From NCBI GenBank assembly GCA_963745075.1, contig CAVUWV010000008.1:64001-128000 (forward strand): a stretch of 64,000 nt of DNA, given 5' to 3'. Positions 20,570 through 30,881 of the stretch are shown one piece after another (position 1 is the first letter of the stretch; each line of letters starts with the position of its first letter). Source of the stretch: Candidatus Hydrogenedentota bacterium. Its GTDB lineage: Bacteria > Hydrogenedentota > Hydrogenedentia > Hydrogenedentales > SLHB01. A program made the translations under genes and the position numbers. The notes under the pieces are model-generated. The model was not told the DNA's origin. It made no database searches and saw only the letters and a list, made by a program, of their open reading frames with translations.

Positions 20570-20802
20570 GACTCGTCCCCTCTCCTGGTCTCTGGTATGA
20601 TGTGGCCGTGCGGGAGCACGCGCACCAAGGGTTTAAGTATACTGTTCGCAGCAAGAAACGAACAGCCCAGGCCGACCGGGCGGCGTGATCCGGAAACCGC
20701 ACAGCGGAAACGATGCGCGGCGTATTCTTGTGTGAAACGCCGGGCCACTTTGTCGAGTCATTAGTCTTGCGGGGTTTTTGACCGACTGCAACCGTAATTC
20801 AG

Positions 20803-21705
20803 GTGAGAATGCAGCATCATCGTGGTATTTGGCTCTTTACGGGCGTTTTCGTATTGATTGCCGCCATCATTCTGGCGGTGCGCGATGCGCGAGCCCCCGC
20901 TCGCACACCGGTCGTAAATACCCCGGTCAAGACGGTTGCGTCTCATTTGAGCGAACCCCAGATCCAGATGCTGGTTACGACGATGAAGGCGTGCCTCGAG
21001 AACGATCCGCAGGCGCGGCGGGCAAACACGCGGTCGCTCGTCGACGGGGTAGCGGCGCTCGCGGCGGACGGGGTGTACGAGAGCGCGGACACGTACTACG
21101 CGTTGGGTGTGCTGCGCACGGCGCAGTTGGATTTCGACAGCGCGGAAGCGGCGTATCGCAAAGCCATCGAACTGCGGCCGGATTGGAATTGGGCGTACAA
21201 CGGGTTGGGGATTCTGAAACATACGCAAGGCAAGTACGCCGAAGCGGAAACGGCCTTTCGCAAGGCGATCGAGCTGGACCCTGACTGGAGCCGCGCCCAC
21301 AACGATCTTGCGATTCTGTTGCGCTTGACCGGACGTCTCCAGGAAGCGGAAGTGGAGGCGCAGCGCGCGTTGGAACTGAACCCGAACGCGGTGGCCACGC
21401 ACAACAACTACGGCAACTTATTGGTGGCGCTCAAGCGGTATGCGGAGGCGGAAACCGAATATCACATCGCCATCGACCAAGAACCGGATCATCCGGCGCC
21501 GTATTACAACCTCGCGTGCCTGGCCAGTCTGAAGGGGGACACGGAAAGCGTGGTCCCGCTGCTTTTGTGCGCCATCGAGTTCGATGCATCGTACCGCGAC
21601 GAAGCCCGGTACGACGACGACTTCGATCCGGTCCGAAACGATCCCACCTTCCAATTGTTGTTGCAGGCTCCCGAGGGTGAGCCGAAGACCCGCCTGCCGG
21701 AATAG
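20803..21705 (+). CDS. Tetratricopeptide repeat protein with N-terminal membrane anchor
   Basis: Repeated YNGLG/HNDLA/HNNYG/YNLAC TPR units; C-terminal D.DFDPVRNDP. Confidence 0.85.
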   Translation: MRMQHHRGIWLFTGVFVLIAAIILAVRDARAPARTPVVNTPVKTVASHLSEPQIQMLVTTMKACLENDPQARRANTRSLVDGVAALAADGVYESADTYYALGVLRTAQLDFDSAEAAYRKAIELRPDWNWAYNGLGILKHTQGKYAEAETAFRKAIELDPDWSRAHNDLAILLRLTGRLQEAEVEAQRALELNPNAVATHNNYGNLLVALKRYAEAETEYHIAIDQEPDHPAPYYNLACLASLKGDTESVVPLLLCAIEFDASYRDEARYDDDFDPVRNDPTFQLLLQAPEGEPKTRLPE

Positions 21706-21794
21706 CCCGGATTTCGCCATCCAGATTTCCCCGCCGCGGCCCGAGCTGTGATACAGTTGGCCGACTATTTGGAGCGGACGAAGGGGGCGAGAAT

Positions 21795-23099
21795 ATGCCG
21801 TACTATCGCGACATTGGAGAATTGGCGGAACAGGTTTCGCTCTGGGCGGATTTGCGCCGGGAACAGGGGGCCGAACCGGAGGTGGTGCTGCGCCGCGTTC
21901 GGGCGGAATTGACGCGGGCCGCGCGGGACTTGGAACGAATGCAGCCGGGCGACGCGTCGCGCGCGAACGAGCCCGATGACCCGCGGGGCATTCGCGCATT
22001 GCGGCCGAAGGGGCCGCGGCGGTTGTGGGAACGGTTGCCGTCTAAGGGTTTTCGAAAGCAGGTGCTGGGCGCATGGTTGGGCCGGGCGGCGGGTTGCACG
22101 CTCGGGGTGCCGGTAGAATCGTGGTCCGTGGAAGATATGGCCGCGCTCGCGGAGCTGGGCGGGCAGAAGTTTCCGCCGACGGATTACTGGGCCGTGCATC
22201 CGCAGGCGGGCCGGGCCCATTACGGCACGAACACCATGGGCGACTATTTGCGCGGTCGTATCCGGATGGTTCCGGTCGATGACGACTTGGGGTACACGCT
22301 TCTTGGGTTGCTGATTCTGGAACGGTTCGGTCCGCGTTTCACGACTGCTGACGTAGGCCAGGCCTGGCGAAGGCATTTGCCTATCGCATGCACGGCGGAA
22401 GATGTGGCGCTCCGCAATCTGAAAGCGGGGGTGCGCGCCGTGCGTGCGGCGGAACGGCGGAACCCCTATCAGGAATGGATCGGTGCGGATATTCGCAGTG
22501 ATCCGTGGGGATACGTCGCGGCCGGTTGGCCGGAAAAGGCGGCGGAACTCGCCTATCGCGACGCGTACCTGTCGCACCGGAAAAACGGGATCTACGGAGC
22601 GATGTTCTTTGCCGCGGCAATCGCAGCGGCTTTCGTGGTGGACGAACCTCTGGACGCGCTCCGCATCGGGCTGACCGAAATTCCGCGGAACTGCCGGCTC
22701 GCTGCGGATATTCGTTGGGCGTTGCGACGCGCCCCTGCATTGCGTGGATGGAAGGACGCGCACGACCTTGTCGCGAAGCGATTCAAGAGGATGCACCACG
22801 TCCACACGAACAACAACGCGTGTTTGACCGTGTTCGGTCTGGCGTTGGGAGGAGGGGACTTCACGCGGACGATTGGCTATACCGTTGCGATGGGTTTCGA
22901 TAACGATTGCACGGCAGCGACGGCCGGTTCGATCCTTGGCGCTATTGTTGGAACGGAAGGCATTCCGGAACACTGGTGGAAACCGTTCCGGAACCGGACG
23001 GTTACGTATTTGAAGCATTGCCCGCCGATGAAGAACACGGCGATCGCGCGGCGGTTCGAGGTGCAGGCCGAGCGGGTTTGGGAAGAGAGTGTGGGCTGA
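21795..23099 (+). CDS. ADP-ribosylglycohydrolase family protein
   Basis: GAWLGRAAGCTLGVPVE, VDDDLGYT, WIGADIR, GFDNDCTAATAG. Confidence 0.88.
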   Translation: MPYYRDIGELAEQVSLWADLRREQGAEPEVVLRRVRAELTRAARDLERMQPGDASRANEPDDPRGIRALRPKGPRRLWERLPSKGFRKQVLGAWLGRAAGCTLGVPVESWSVEDMAALAELGGQKFPPTDYWAVHPQAGRAHYGTNTMGDYLRGRIRMVPVDDDLGYTLLGLLILERFGPRFTTADVGQAWRRHLPIACTAEDVALRNLKAGVRAVRAAERRNPYQEWIGADIRSDPWGYVAAGWPEKAAELAYRDAYLSHRKNGIYGAMFFAAAIAAAFVVDEPLDALRIGLTEIPRNCRLAADIRWALRRAPALRGWKDAHDLVAKRFKRMHHVHTNNNACLTVFGLALGGGDFTRTIGYTVAMGFDNDCTAATAGSILGAIVGTEGIPEHWWKPFRNRTVTYLKHCPPMKNTAIARRFEVQAERVWEESVG

Positions 23100-23176
23100 G
23101 GTGAACCTTCGATTACGAGCACGAGTGCGAAGTCGTGGGCATGGGAATCGTTTTGAGTCATTGCCGGAGGGAAAGA

Positions 23177-23845
23177 ATGGATCGAGATTTGTTTGTTGCG
23201 GTGGACCAATACATCGACCAACTGTTCGTGCCGGAAGACGCGGCGCTGGAAGCGGCACGGAAATCTGCGGTGGACGCGGGGCTGCCGGAGATCCAGGTGT
23301 CGCGTGGTCAAGGCAAGTTGTTGTACCTGCTGGCGCGGTTGTGCGGCGCGCGGCGCATTCTGGAACTGGGCACGCTGGGCGGATACAGCGCGATTTGGCT
23401 CGGCCGCGCCTTACCGCCGGACGGGCGAATGATCTCGTTGGAACTGGATCCCCACCACGCAGACGTGGCCCGCGCGAGCATTGCCCGGGCGGGTCTGGAT
23501 GATCGCGTCGAGGTGTTGGTCGGTCGGGCGCTGGATTCGTTGAAGCAATTGAAGGAGCGCGGCGTGGAACCCTTCGACATGGTCTTCATCGATGCCGACA
23601 AGGTGAGTTACCCGGCCTATCTGGAGCGAACGTTACCCTTGATTCGCCCCGGCGGATTGCTCGCCGCCGACAACGTCGTTCGCGCCGGAAAGGTGCTGGA
23701 CCCGGACAGCGACGACGAATCCGTTCGCGGTGCGGCAACGTTTAACGCCGCACTCGCCGCCGAACCTCGCGTCGAGGCGATCGTACTTCAACAGGTCGGC
23801 GCGAAGGGACACGATGGGTTGGCCATCGCAGTCGTGAAGAAATAG
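23177..23845 (+). CDS. SAM-dependent O-methyltransferase (family 3)
   Basis: ILELGTLGGYS, FDMVFIDADK, ADNV; GGAGG upstream. Confidence 0.92.
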   Translation: MDRDLFVAVDQYIDQLFVPEDAALEAARKSAVDAGLPEIQVSRGQGKLLYLLARLCGARRILELGTLGGYSAIWLGRALPPDGRMISLELDPHHADVARASIARAGLDDRVEVLVGRALDSLKQLKERGVEPFDMVFIDADKVSYPAYLERTLPLIRPGGLLAADNVVRAGKVLDPDSDDESVRGAATFNAALAAEPRVEAIVLQQVGAKGHDGLAIAVVKK

Positions 23846-23883
23846 CAGACACTTTCATTCTGGCCCGAGGCGCGAACCGGAAT

Positions 23884-24618
23884 TCAGAAGGCGTCGCACT
23901 GGTGGCTCATGGGTTCCCAGGTCAGGATATTGGCGTGTTTGGCGTGTTTGACGAGGATCAGTTTGTCTCCCTCGCCGAGTTGCACGTAGTCCGGGCACGT
24001 GTCGTGGGCCAGCATCGCGGGGCCCCGGGTGATCAATACGCGAATGGTCACGTTGTCCGGCACGACGAGGTGACTGGTAAGTTCGGTGGTGTTTTTGAAC
24101 GCGATGCCCAGCCCGGCGTGGAAGATGCCGCGGGTGATCTGGTTGTAGTAGGCGGTGCTTCCAAAAGGGGTGCTGACGACCACGCCGTCGCCGATGATCT
24201 CCGCGCCGTCCGCGAAGCCTTCGTCGTTAATCCAGACTTTCAGACGCACCGCCGAGTTGATGTTGCCCATGTGGACGTTGAACTCATTCATGGCGGTCAG
24301 GGTGTGTTCGGGTCGGTCCTGGTTGTCGCGGTACACTTGGCACTCGATCTTGATGAAGGCAATGCGATTGAGGTCGTCGTTGGCCAGCCGTTCGATCACC
24401 TTTTCGGGGGGATGGGCGATGCAGCGCTTTCCCCGGCGGCTGTTGCGGATGGGCACTTTCGGGATTTCCGGCCAATTCAGTTCGGCCGACAGCAGGGTGC
24501 CGTCGCCGCCGTAACAGACCACAAGTTCCGGATCGCGGTCCACGAGTTCGAACTGTGGATAGCGGGCGAGGATCGGATTCAGCTTTTCCGCTTCAGCGCC
24601 AAAGAGAAGAGTCTTCAT
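23884..24618 (-). CDS. NAD(+)/NADH kinase family protein
   Basis: GGDGTLL, MNE, GDGVVVSTPFGSTAY. Confidence 0.85.
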   Translation of the reverse strand: MKTLLFGAEAEKLNPILARYPQFELVDRDPELVVCYGGDGTLLSAELNWPEIPKVPIRNSRRGKRCIAHPPEKVIERLANDDLNRIAFIKIECQVYRDNQDRPEHTLTAMNEFNVHMGNINSAVRLKVWINDEGFADGAEIIGDGVVVSTPFGSTAYYNQITRGIFHAGLGIAFKNTTELTSHLVVPDNVTIRVLITRGPAMLAHDTCPDYVQLGEGDKLILVKHAKHANILTWEPMSHQCDAF

Positions 24619-24929
24619 GAGACGTTTGTAGTCCTAACGTGGGTTCCTGTGATGACTTACCAAACCCACGGCTTGCCCAAATTCGAATCTCGAAACAAAT
24701 CTCAGTGATTTAAATCCGAATAACCGAAACAGCGAAGTGGAATTCCTCTTTAAGGCGCTACGTGTTTATACCTGCCGACGCGAGCAAGCAGGGATTTCTT
24801 CGCTGTGTTTCAATCATTTGGATTTCGGGTTTCAATTTCAACGCGCGACCCTAGTTCGTACCGAACACTTCGCTCTCACTACCGCAAAATCGGTTTTTCA
24901 GGGTTTCTATATGCGCCTGAGGATCGCAC

Positions 24930-26561
24930 TTATAGAATGCGCGATGCAAATCGGCGGGAGAGGATGTAGGTCAAGGCGACCAGCACCATCAGAAACACGC
25001 TGTAGGCGAAGGCGGCGCCGATGCCCGAACCGCGCCAGGCGATGTTGATCTGCACGGCGATGGGGAGGTTGGCCGGAACCCACAGCAGAATGGACGCGAC
25101 GAATTCGCCCAGGCTCAGGGCGAAGACCAATGCGGCGCCGGCGGCGAGGGACGGCGCGAGCAGGGGCACGACGATTCGCCGGAAACAGAAGGCCCGGGAG
25201 GCGCCGAGCGTCCGGGCGGCTTCGATGAGGGTTGCGTCGAAGGGCTCGATGGCGGCGGTGGCCATGCGGGTGAGCAAGGGAATGTTGCGCACGAAGTAGG
25301 CAAGGGGCAAGAGCCAGACGGTGCCGACGAGGGGGAGCCAGCGGTCGTTGAAGGCGACGATCAGGTTGATGGCGATGACCGTGCCGGGTAGGGCCCAGGG
25401 GATCATTACGAGCACGTTGAGCAAGCGACCGCCCGGGCGTTTGCGGGCGATGAGGTAGGCCGATGGCATGGCGATGACGAGGGTGGTCACGGCGGCCACG
25501 GCGCTCATCCACAGGCTGTTCCGAATGGGCCAGAACGCGTTGGGGTCGCGGAAAATGGTCAGGTAGTTGTCGAAGGTAAAGGCGGTGGGAAAGACTTGTG
25601 TGTACCATTCCCGGTGGTTGACGAAAGATAACCAGATGATGGTGATGTGGGGGATCAGGAGCACCATCAGAACCGCACCCGATACCACGCCCGCCAATAT
25701 CCGGCCGCGCCGGGATCGCACCCGAACGCGGACGCCTTTGGATGCGCCCCCTCCAGCAGCGCGGCGTGCGCGGAAAATCACGACGCCCAACAGCGACACC
25801 GCGGCCAGGACTACGGTCAGCGTCATGGCGGTTGCGTCGTTGTGTTGCGTCTGCTCTTCGTAGATGCGAACGCTGAGCATAGGATAGTCGTTCCCAAAAA
25901 TAAGCGGCGCGCTGAACGACGCGCCGGAAGACATGAAGGTCAGCAAGGCCGCGCCGCGCAGGGCCGGCATGAGCTGGGGCAACGTTACCTGCATGAAGAC
26001 CCGGAGGCGTTTCGCACCCAGCGTGCGGGCCGCTTCGATCTGGGCCACGTCCAACGATTCCATGGCGGCGGATACCATGGCGTAGAAGAAGACGTAGAAC
26101 GAATAGGTGTGGATGAGCAGGATGGCCGAGGGACCTTGCAAGAAGGCATTTTCGATACCAAAGGTCTGTGCCAGAAAACGGGGGACGAATCCGTCGCGCC
26201 CGACGATGTAGTAAAAGGCGACGGTGCCCACGAGCGGCGGCAGGGTGAAGGGCAGATAGGCCAGGGCCGCCATCAGGCCACGTCCGGGGAATGCGTAGCG
26301 GGTTACGAAGAAGGCCATGGCCGTGCCGATGGTGCCGGAGGTAGCCACCGACAGGAACGCGATGAAGACCGTGTTGCGGACGGCGGTCCAGCCGGCATTG
26401 TCGCGCAGCGCGTCCCATTGCCACGATGTCAGGGTTTCCGCAAGCAGGCGAACGGTGGGATAAGCGATGGTCAGGCCCAGGACGACCGCACACGCACCGA
26501 GCAAGACGCGGTCCAGGGATCGCTGATCGGAAAGGCGGGTCGAGGCGGACCGGCGTCTCAA
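24930..26561 (-). CDS. ABC transporter permease, Fe3+/thiamine type (duplicated domain)
   Basis: Two EAARTLGA motifs, about 12 TM helices. Confidence 0.9.
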   Translation of the reverse strand: MRRRSASTRLSDQRSLDRVLLGACAVVLGLTIAYPTVRLLAETLTSWQWDALRDNAGWTAVRNTVFIAFLSVATSGTIGTAMAFFVTRYAFPGRGLMAALAYLPFTLPPLVGTVAFYYIVGRDGFVPRFLAQTFGIENAFLQGPSAILLIHTYSFYVFFYAMVSAAMESLDVAQIEAARTLGAKRLRVFMQVTLPQLMPALRGAALLTFMSSGASFSAPLIFGNDYPMLSVRIYEEQTQHNDATAMTLTVVLAAVSLLGVVIFRARRAAGGGASKGVRVRVRSRRGRILAGVVSGAVLMVLLIPHITIIWLSFVNHREWYTQVFPTAFTFDNYLTIFRDPNAFWPIRNSLWMSAVAAVTTLVIAMPSAYLIARKRPGGRLLNVLVMIPWALPGTVIAINLIVAFNDRWLPLVGTVWLLPLAYFVRNIPLLTRMATAAIEPFDATLIEAARTLGASRAFCFRRIVVPLLAPSLAAGAALVFALSLGEFVASILLWVPANLPIAVQINIAWRGSGIGAAFAYSVFLMVLVALTYILSRRFASRIL

Positions 26562-26923
26562 CGCTCGGCAGACGCCTCGGCGGAGAGATCGTGCTGCACG
26601 AACTCGGAAATGGCGTCGCGGTCCTCTTCGGCCATCTTGGTATACAGGATGGCGACCTTGAAGTGGTCGTCGCCCATCTCATGGGGTTCGCATCGCACGA
26701 CGATGCCTTCGCATTCGATGCGCCGTTGGTGCGGTTTTGGTAATTCCAGCGCAATGCTCATGCGCGTCATGAGCGGGACGGGCTTGACCGTATGGCACAA
26801 CACGCCGTTGGCGCTGATGTTGTCGATATGATTCAGAACCCCCGGGCCGCTGTCGTCAACGATCGCCGGGAACCCTCGTCGGCTCCGCGCGTACCGCCGC
26901 CGTTCATCGCCTGTATACCGCAT
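26558..26923 (-). CDS. PilZ domain protein
   Basis: ERRRYAR (RxxxR) and NISANG (D/NxSxxG). Confidence 0.85.
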   Translation of the reverse strand: MRYTGDERRRYARSRRGFPAIVDDSGPGVLNHIDNISANGVLCHTVKPVPLMTRMSIALELPKPHQRRIECEGIVVRCEPHEMGDDHFKVAILYTKMAEEDRDAISEFVQHDLSAEASAER

Positions 26924-27058
26924 GCCTTTCCCTCCGCAGCCGTACCGCAGCCCCAGATTCCTTGCCACCACCCGTCATACTAGCGCAGAACGGGCGAGAT
27001 TGCAATGGCACGAGATAGCATAAGGAATTGTAAGTGCATGTTGACGCGGTTCGGCGGT

Positions 27059-30000
27059 TTACAGGCCCAACAGGGCCTGCAAGGACTCAAGTCCCAGGCC
27101 ACTGCGCTGCACTTCATCCGTTAGAGTCCAGTCTTCGGTAGGAAATGTGTATATCCGGTCTTCGGGAGCTCGGGTGATAAGCGACCGGCCGTCGGCGGAG
27201 AATGTCATCAGCCCAATGCAATCGTTGAGGGACAGGAGCGGCCGGCCGTCTTCGACTGCAAATACCACAGCATGGCCTCGGCTCTTTCCAACGAACCGTC
27301 GTCCGTCAGGATGCACCGCGATCTGCGATACGTCATATCGTTGTACACGGTAAACTTCGCGATGTGTTTCCATATCCCACAGCACGGGTTCACGCGAATT
27401 CCCCAACACCAGCAGGTAGGAACTGTTGGGTACGGCGATAACACGATACGGCCACCCGATAGCCTTGATATGGTATGGCTTGAGCGAGCCGTCGTTCGAA
27501 TCAAAGAAATGCACACATATCTCATCCGTACCATACCGGCCCCAGGAACCGCTCATGATTTCCTGTCCGTCCGGTGTGAACGCAACAAGCGATTTCCTGC
27601 GGACCGCGTCGTCAAGTTCAAGTTCAGTCTGACCGGTGGTCGCGTCGACAATACGCGTCGGGTTGGTGCCGCTGTTAACCGGCGAATCTTCCCCAAAGCC
27701 TATCGCCACACGCGACCCGTCCGGCGAACATCCCACGGAAAAGACCGGTTCCCGGTCGTCGGCGGATACGGTCCATAGCAGTGTCTCATCTTCAATTCGC
27801 CAGGCCTTGGCGGTACATTCGACCGACGTCGTATAAAGTGTCTTGCTGTCCGGACTGAATGCCAACGCGGTAACTACCCCCTCATGGGCGTTCCACTCGT
27901 GGAGCAATTCGAACGATGGTACGGACCAAAGGCGCACCTGTCCGGTATCGTCCCCTCGGGCGAGCAACGTGACGGCGTCGTCGTACGCATAGGGGAGGTT
28001 GGGCCACGTATTCTGGTTGACGTGATCCTCGCCACTGATGACCGGATCGTATGGGAAGGGGGTAATCACGCGCCCACGATCGGCTGCCACGTCCCAGAAC
28101 TTCAAGGTGGACTCGCTACCGTAGGTGACTGCACAACGGCCGTTGGGACTGAATGACAACGATTCAATGTTTCCCGCGTCGGTGAGCTCGGATCTGATTT
28201 GATGGCCGGAGGTCGCGTCGCAAAGTATCATTTTGTTCAAGCTGGCGACTGCGCAATAGTGGGCATCCGGCGAAACCGCGAGATCGCGGATTCCGTACCA
28301 ATCGAACGGTACTTGTTTCACCCGTTCCACGGGGTCGAGCCCCCAGACTTCCATGATTCCCTGGTCGGTAATTGCGACGACGCGTTCGGCGTCCGCGGCC
28401 AGCTTCGCGTAACCCCACAGGCATGGGGTCACGGTCGTTGTCTCGCCGGACTCCGTGTCCAAAACACGGACCTGGTCATCAACGTAGACGAGCCTGCGAT
28501 TGTCCTTGAGAAATCCCAGTACGGAACCGTTCGGCACCAGGTGCTGGCTGGACCAGTGCGAGAGATCGTAGTTCAGTTTTGTGACGGGGGTCAGATCGAA
28601 GCGACGCAATTCCTTACCAGTGGTTGCTTGCCAAAGCACCATCGTGCGCGCGTGCTTATCCGGTCCGAACCGAAGTCCGGCGGCAATTTCGTTGTCTTGA
28701 GAAAGGACCAATGAACAGAGCCAGCCCGATTCGATCGAATACCGCGCGAGAATCCGGTTATTCGCAAAGTCGAACAGCACCGCGTTACGGTCGTCCTCTC
28801 CGACCGTAATCGCCCTGGAATCGCCGGTAAACCCGTTACAGTACGGCCAACCTGAGAAACGGTCGGCCTCGCTGACGTAAATGGTGTCACCCTTGGCGAT
28901 GTCGAATATCGTCTTTACGCCGCCAAAATCGTGCGCCACCAGCACGTAGCGATTGTCCTTGCTGAATACCGCGCGAAGGGGCATGCCGGTCATGCCGCGC
29001 ATGGGATCGTCCCGAATCGTAAACACCGCCGGATTACTTTCGCGAAGCAGCCGCCCCCATTCCCAATCGCGGAGGCGTTCGGGTAGCCGTTGCAAAATCT
29101 GCGTCGCCTTCCAACCATTCTGATCGTCGATGTTCTTTTTGGCTTCCACCAGCGCGGACGAATAGTACTCCCACTCGAGTTGCGCATTGATCGTCTGCGT
29201 CTCGATGCGGAGCGCGCGCTCGGTCTGGCGCGCACGATAGAGGTAGATGTTGTAATAGACCTCGACCGACAAAAGCGCTATGAGCGACACCGCGACTGCT
29301 CCCAGAACCGCCCGATGTTGGCGGACATAGCGGCGCAGATGTTCCGAAAACCGGTAGCGGTACGCGCTCACCAACGCGCCCGACAAGTAACGTTGAATGT
29401 CGTCGGCAAAGTCCTTCGCGGTCTGATAACGCCGGTCGGGATCCCGGTCGATGGCCCGCGAACAGATGGCAACCATTTCCGGAGGTGTATCCGGTTCCAC
29501 GCTTTCGATCGACGCCGGTTTGTCGGAGATGACCTGGTTGAGAATCTCCGCCGGTGTCTTGCCTCGAAACGGCGGATTCCCCGTCAAGATCTCATAGAGG
29601 ACGGCGCCGAGCGCGTACACATCGCTACGTTCATCAACCTTGTCGATGGCCCCCGTGGCTTGCTCCGGGGCCATGTAGTGCGGCGTTCCGAGTACTTGAC
29701 CGTACTGCGTCTTATCGAGATCGAGCAGCCGGCCATCACGGCTTTGCAACAGCGCAACTGAAAGCGGATCGGCGTGGACGTCCGGCTGATTCTTCGCCTT
29801 GGCAAGACCCCAGTCGATCACCACCGTTTCGCCGAATTCTCCGACCATTACGTTGGCCGGTTTCAGGTCGCGATGAAGCACCCCGCGCGAATGCGCGTAC
29901 GCGATAGCCTGGCAGAGGTCGATGAAATGCGGCAGGAGTTCCAATCGTGCCGCCAACCCCTGCCCTTCCTTCAACGCTTTCGCGAGGGTTCGGCCGCGGA

Positions 30001-30673
30001 CCAACTTCATTGTGTAGTAGAGGGAACCATCCGGCCGGTGACCGAGTTCATACACCGGCACGATGGACGGATGCTCCAACTGCCCAGTGATGCGGGCCTC
30101 TTGCAGAAACCGCGCCGTGATTTGCATCGCCTGCCGCACGGGGGTCGGCGTCGGTTCGGCGTCTGCTTTCCTGCGAACCGGCAATAATTCCTTCAATGCC
30201 ACATCGCGGCCCAGGTACACGTCGTGAACCAGAAACACGCGCCCCATACCGCCCCGGGCAAACTCGGAACCCCCGGAATACCGGCCCGGCGTTTCGGGAA
30301 CACCCAGCGATTCGCCCAACTCGAGCTTGACCGGTTCGGGTCCCGGCAGCACGACCTCCACACCGTGGCGGGTCGCCAGAATAGAGCCGGTCAGTGTGTT
30401 GTCGATGAGTGCGGTCCCGCCGAAGGTTTCCAGTGCCGCGACCACGTCGCCGACGTGCGCTTCGACGGTCCGGTCGACCAGCGACCAAATGAGGTCCCGC
30501 TGTTCGGGAGTCACCAATTCCCCGTCTACCAGGCGATCGGCCAAATCCCGGGACGGATCGACGGCCCACGCGGCCGCCACCTCCATCAACTGTCCCGGTG
30601 CAACCCTGAAAAGCTGCACCGCCAATACCGCGAAAAGCAGATTCCGGTCGCGTTGTTGGGGGTCATGTTCCAT
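27059..30673 (-). CDS. Ser/Thr protein kinase with TM segment and WD40 repeats
   Basis: ARGGMGRV, VALK, HRDLKPAN, DWG, GTPHYMAPEQ; WD40-like SLSFSPNG, ALAFSPDS, LKFWD. Confidence 0.92.
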   Translation of the reverse strand: MEHDPQQRDRNLLFAVLAVQLFRVAPGQLMEVAAAWAVDPSRDLADRLVDGELVTPEQRDLIWSLVDRTVEAHVGDVVAALETFGGTALIDNTLTGSILATRHGVEVVLPGPEPVKLELGESLGVPETPGRYSGGSEFARGGMGRVFLVHDVYLGRDVALKELLPVRRKADAEPTPTPVRQAMQITARFLQEARITGQLEHPSIVPVYELGHRPDGSLYYTMKLVRGRTLAKALKEGQGLAARLELLPHFIDLCQAIAYAHSRGVLHRDLKPANVMVGEFGETVVIDWGLAKAKNQPDVHADPLSVALLQSRDGRLLDLDKTQYGQVLGTPHYMAPEQATGAIDKVDERSDVYALGAVLYEILTGNPPFRGKTPAEILNQVISDKPASIESVEPDTPPEMVAICSRAIDRDPDRRYQTAKDFADDIQRYLSGALVSAYRYRFSEHLRRYVRQHRAVLGAVAVSLIALLSVEVYYNIYLYRARQTERALRIETQTINAQLEWEYYSSALVEAKKNIDDQNGWKATQILQRLPERLRDWEWGRLLRESNPAVFTIRDDPMRGMTGMPLRAVFSKDNRYVLVAHDFGGVKTIFDIAKGDTIYVSEADRFSGWPYCNGFTGDSRAITVGEDDRNAVLFDFANNRILARYSIESGWLCSLVLSQDNEIAAGLRFGPDKHARTMVLWQATTGKELRRFDLTPVTKLNYDLSHWSSQHLVPNGSVLGFLKDNRRLVYVDDQVRVLDTESGETTTVTPCLWGYAKLAADAERVVAITDQGIMEVWGLDPVERVKQVPFDWYGIRDLAVSPDAHYCAVASLNKMILCDATSGHQIRSELTDAGNIESLSFSPNGRCAVTYGSESTLKFWDVAADRGRVITPFPYDPVISGEDHVNQNTWPNLPYAYDDAVTLLARGDDTGQVRLWSVPSFELLHEWNAHEGVVTALAFSPDSKTLYTTSVECTAKAWRIEDETLLWTVSADDREPVFSVGCSPDGSRVAIGFGEDSPVNSGTNPTRIVDATTGQTELELDDAVRRKSLVAFTPDGQEIMSGSWGRYGTDEICVHFFDSNDGSLKPYHIKAIGWPYRVIAVPNSSYLLVLGNSREPVLWDMETHREVYRVQRYDVSQIAVHPDGRRFVGKSRGHAVVFAVEDGRPLLSLNDCIGLMTFSADGRSLITRAPEDRIYTFPTEDWTLTDEVQRSGLGLESLQALLGL

Positions 30674-30881
30674 GGACGACAGTATCGCAACAGCGCTGTG
30701 TGGTGCGCAACGAGGAGATCCCGGTTGTCGTTTAGGACTAGTGCGTTGCGGCAAGATGGGCCGCAGACCGATCTCAATGGCGACGATTCCGCGCTTGCAA
30801 CGGAGCTGAATACGGCATCCTTCCACGTCAACGTTTCCCGTTCGAGACGAGTATATAGAGTAGGAAACCGGGGAAAAGCGG

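Noticed and set aside
20803..23845. TPR / ADP-ribosylglycohydrolase / methyltransferase as a defence or toxin-antitoxin system
   Set aside because: No ADP-ribosyltransferase or other effector nearby; all three are common standalone families
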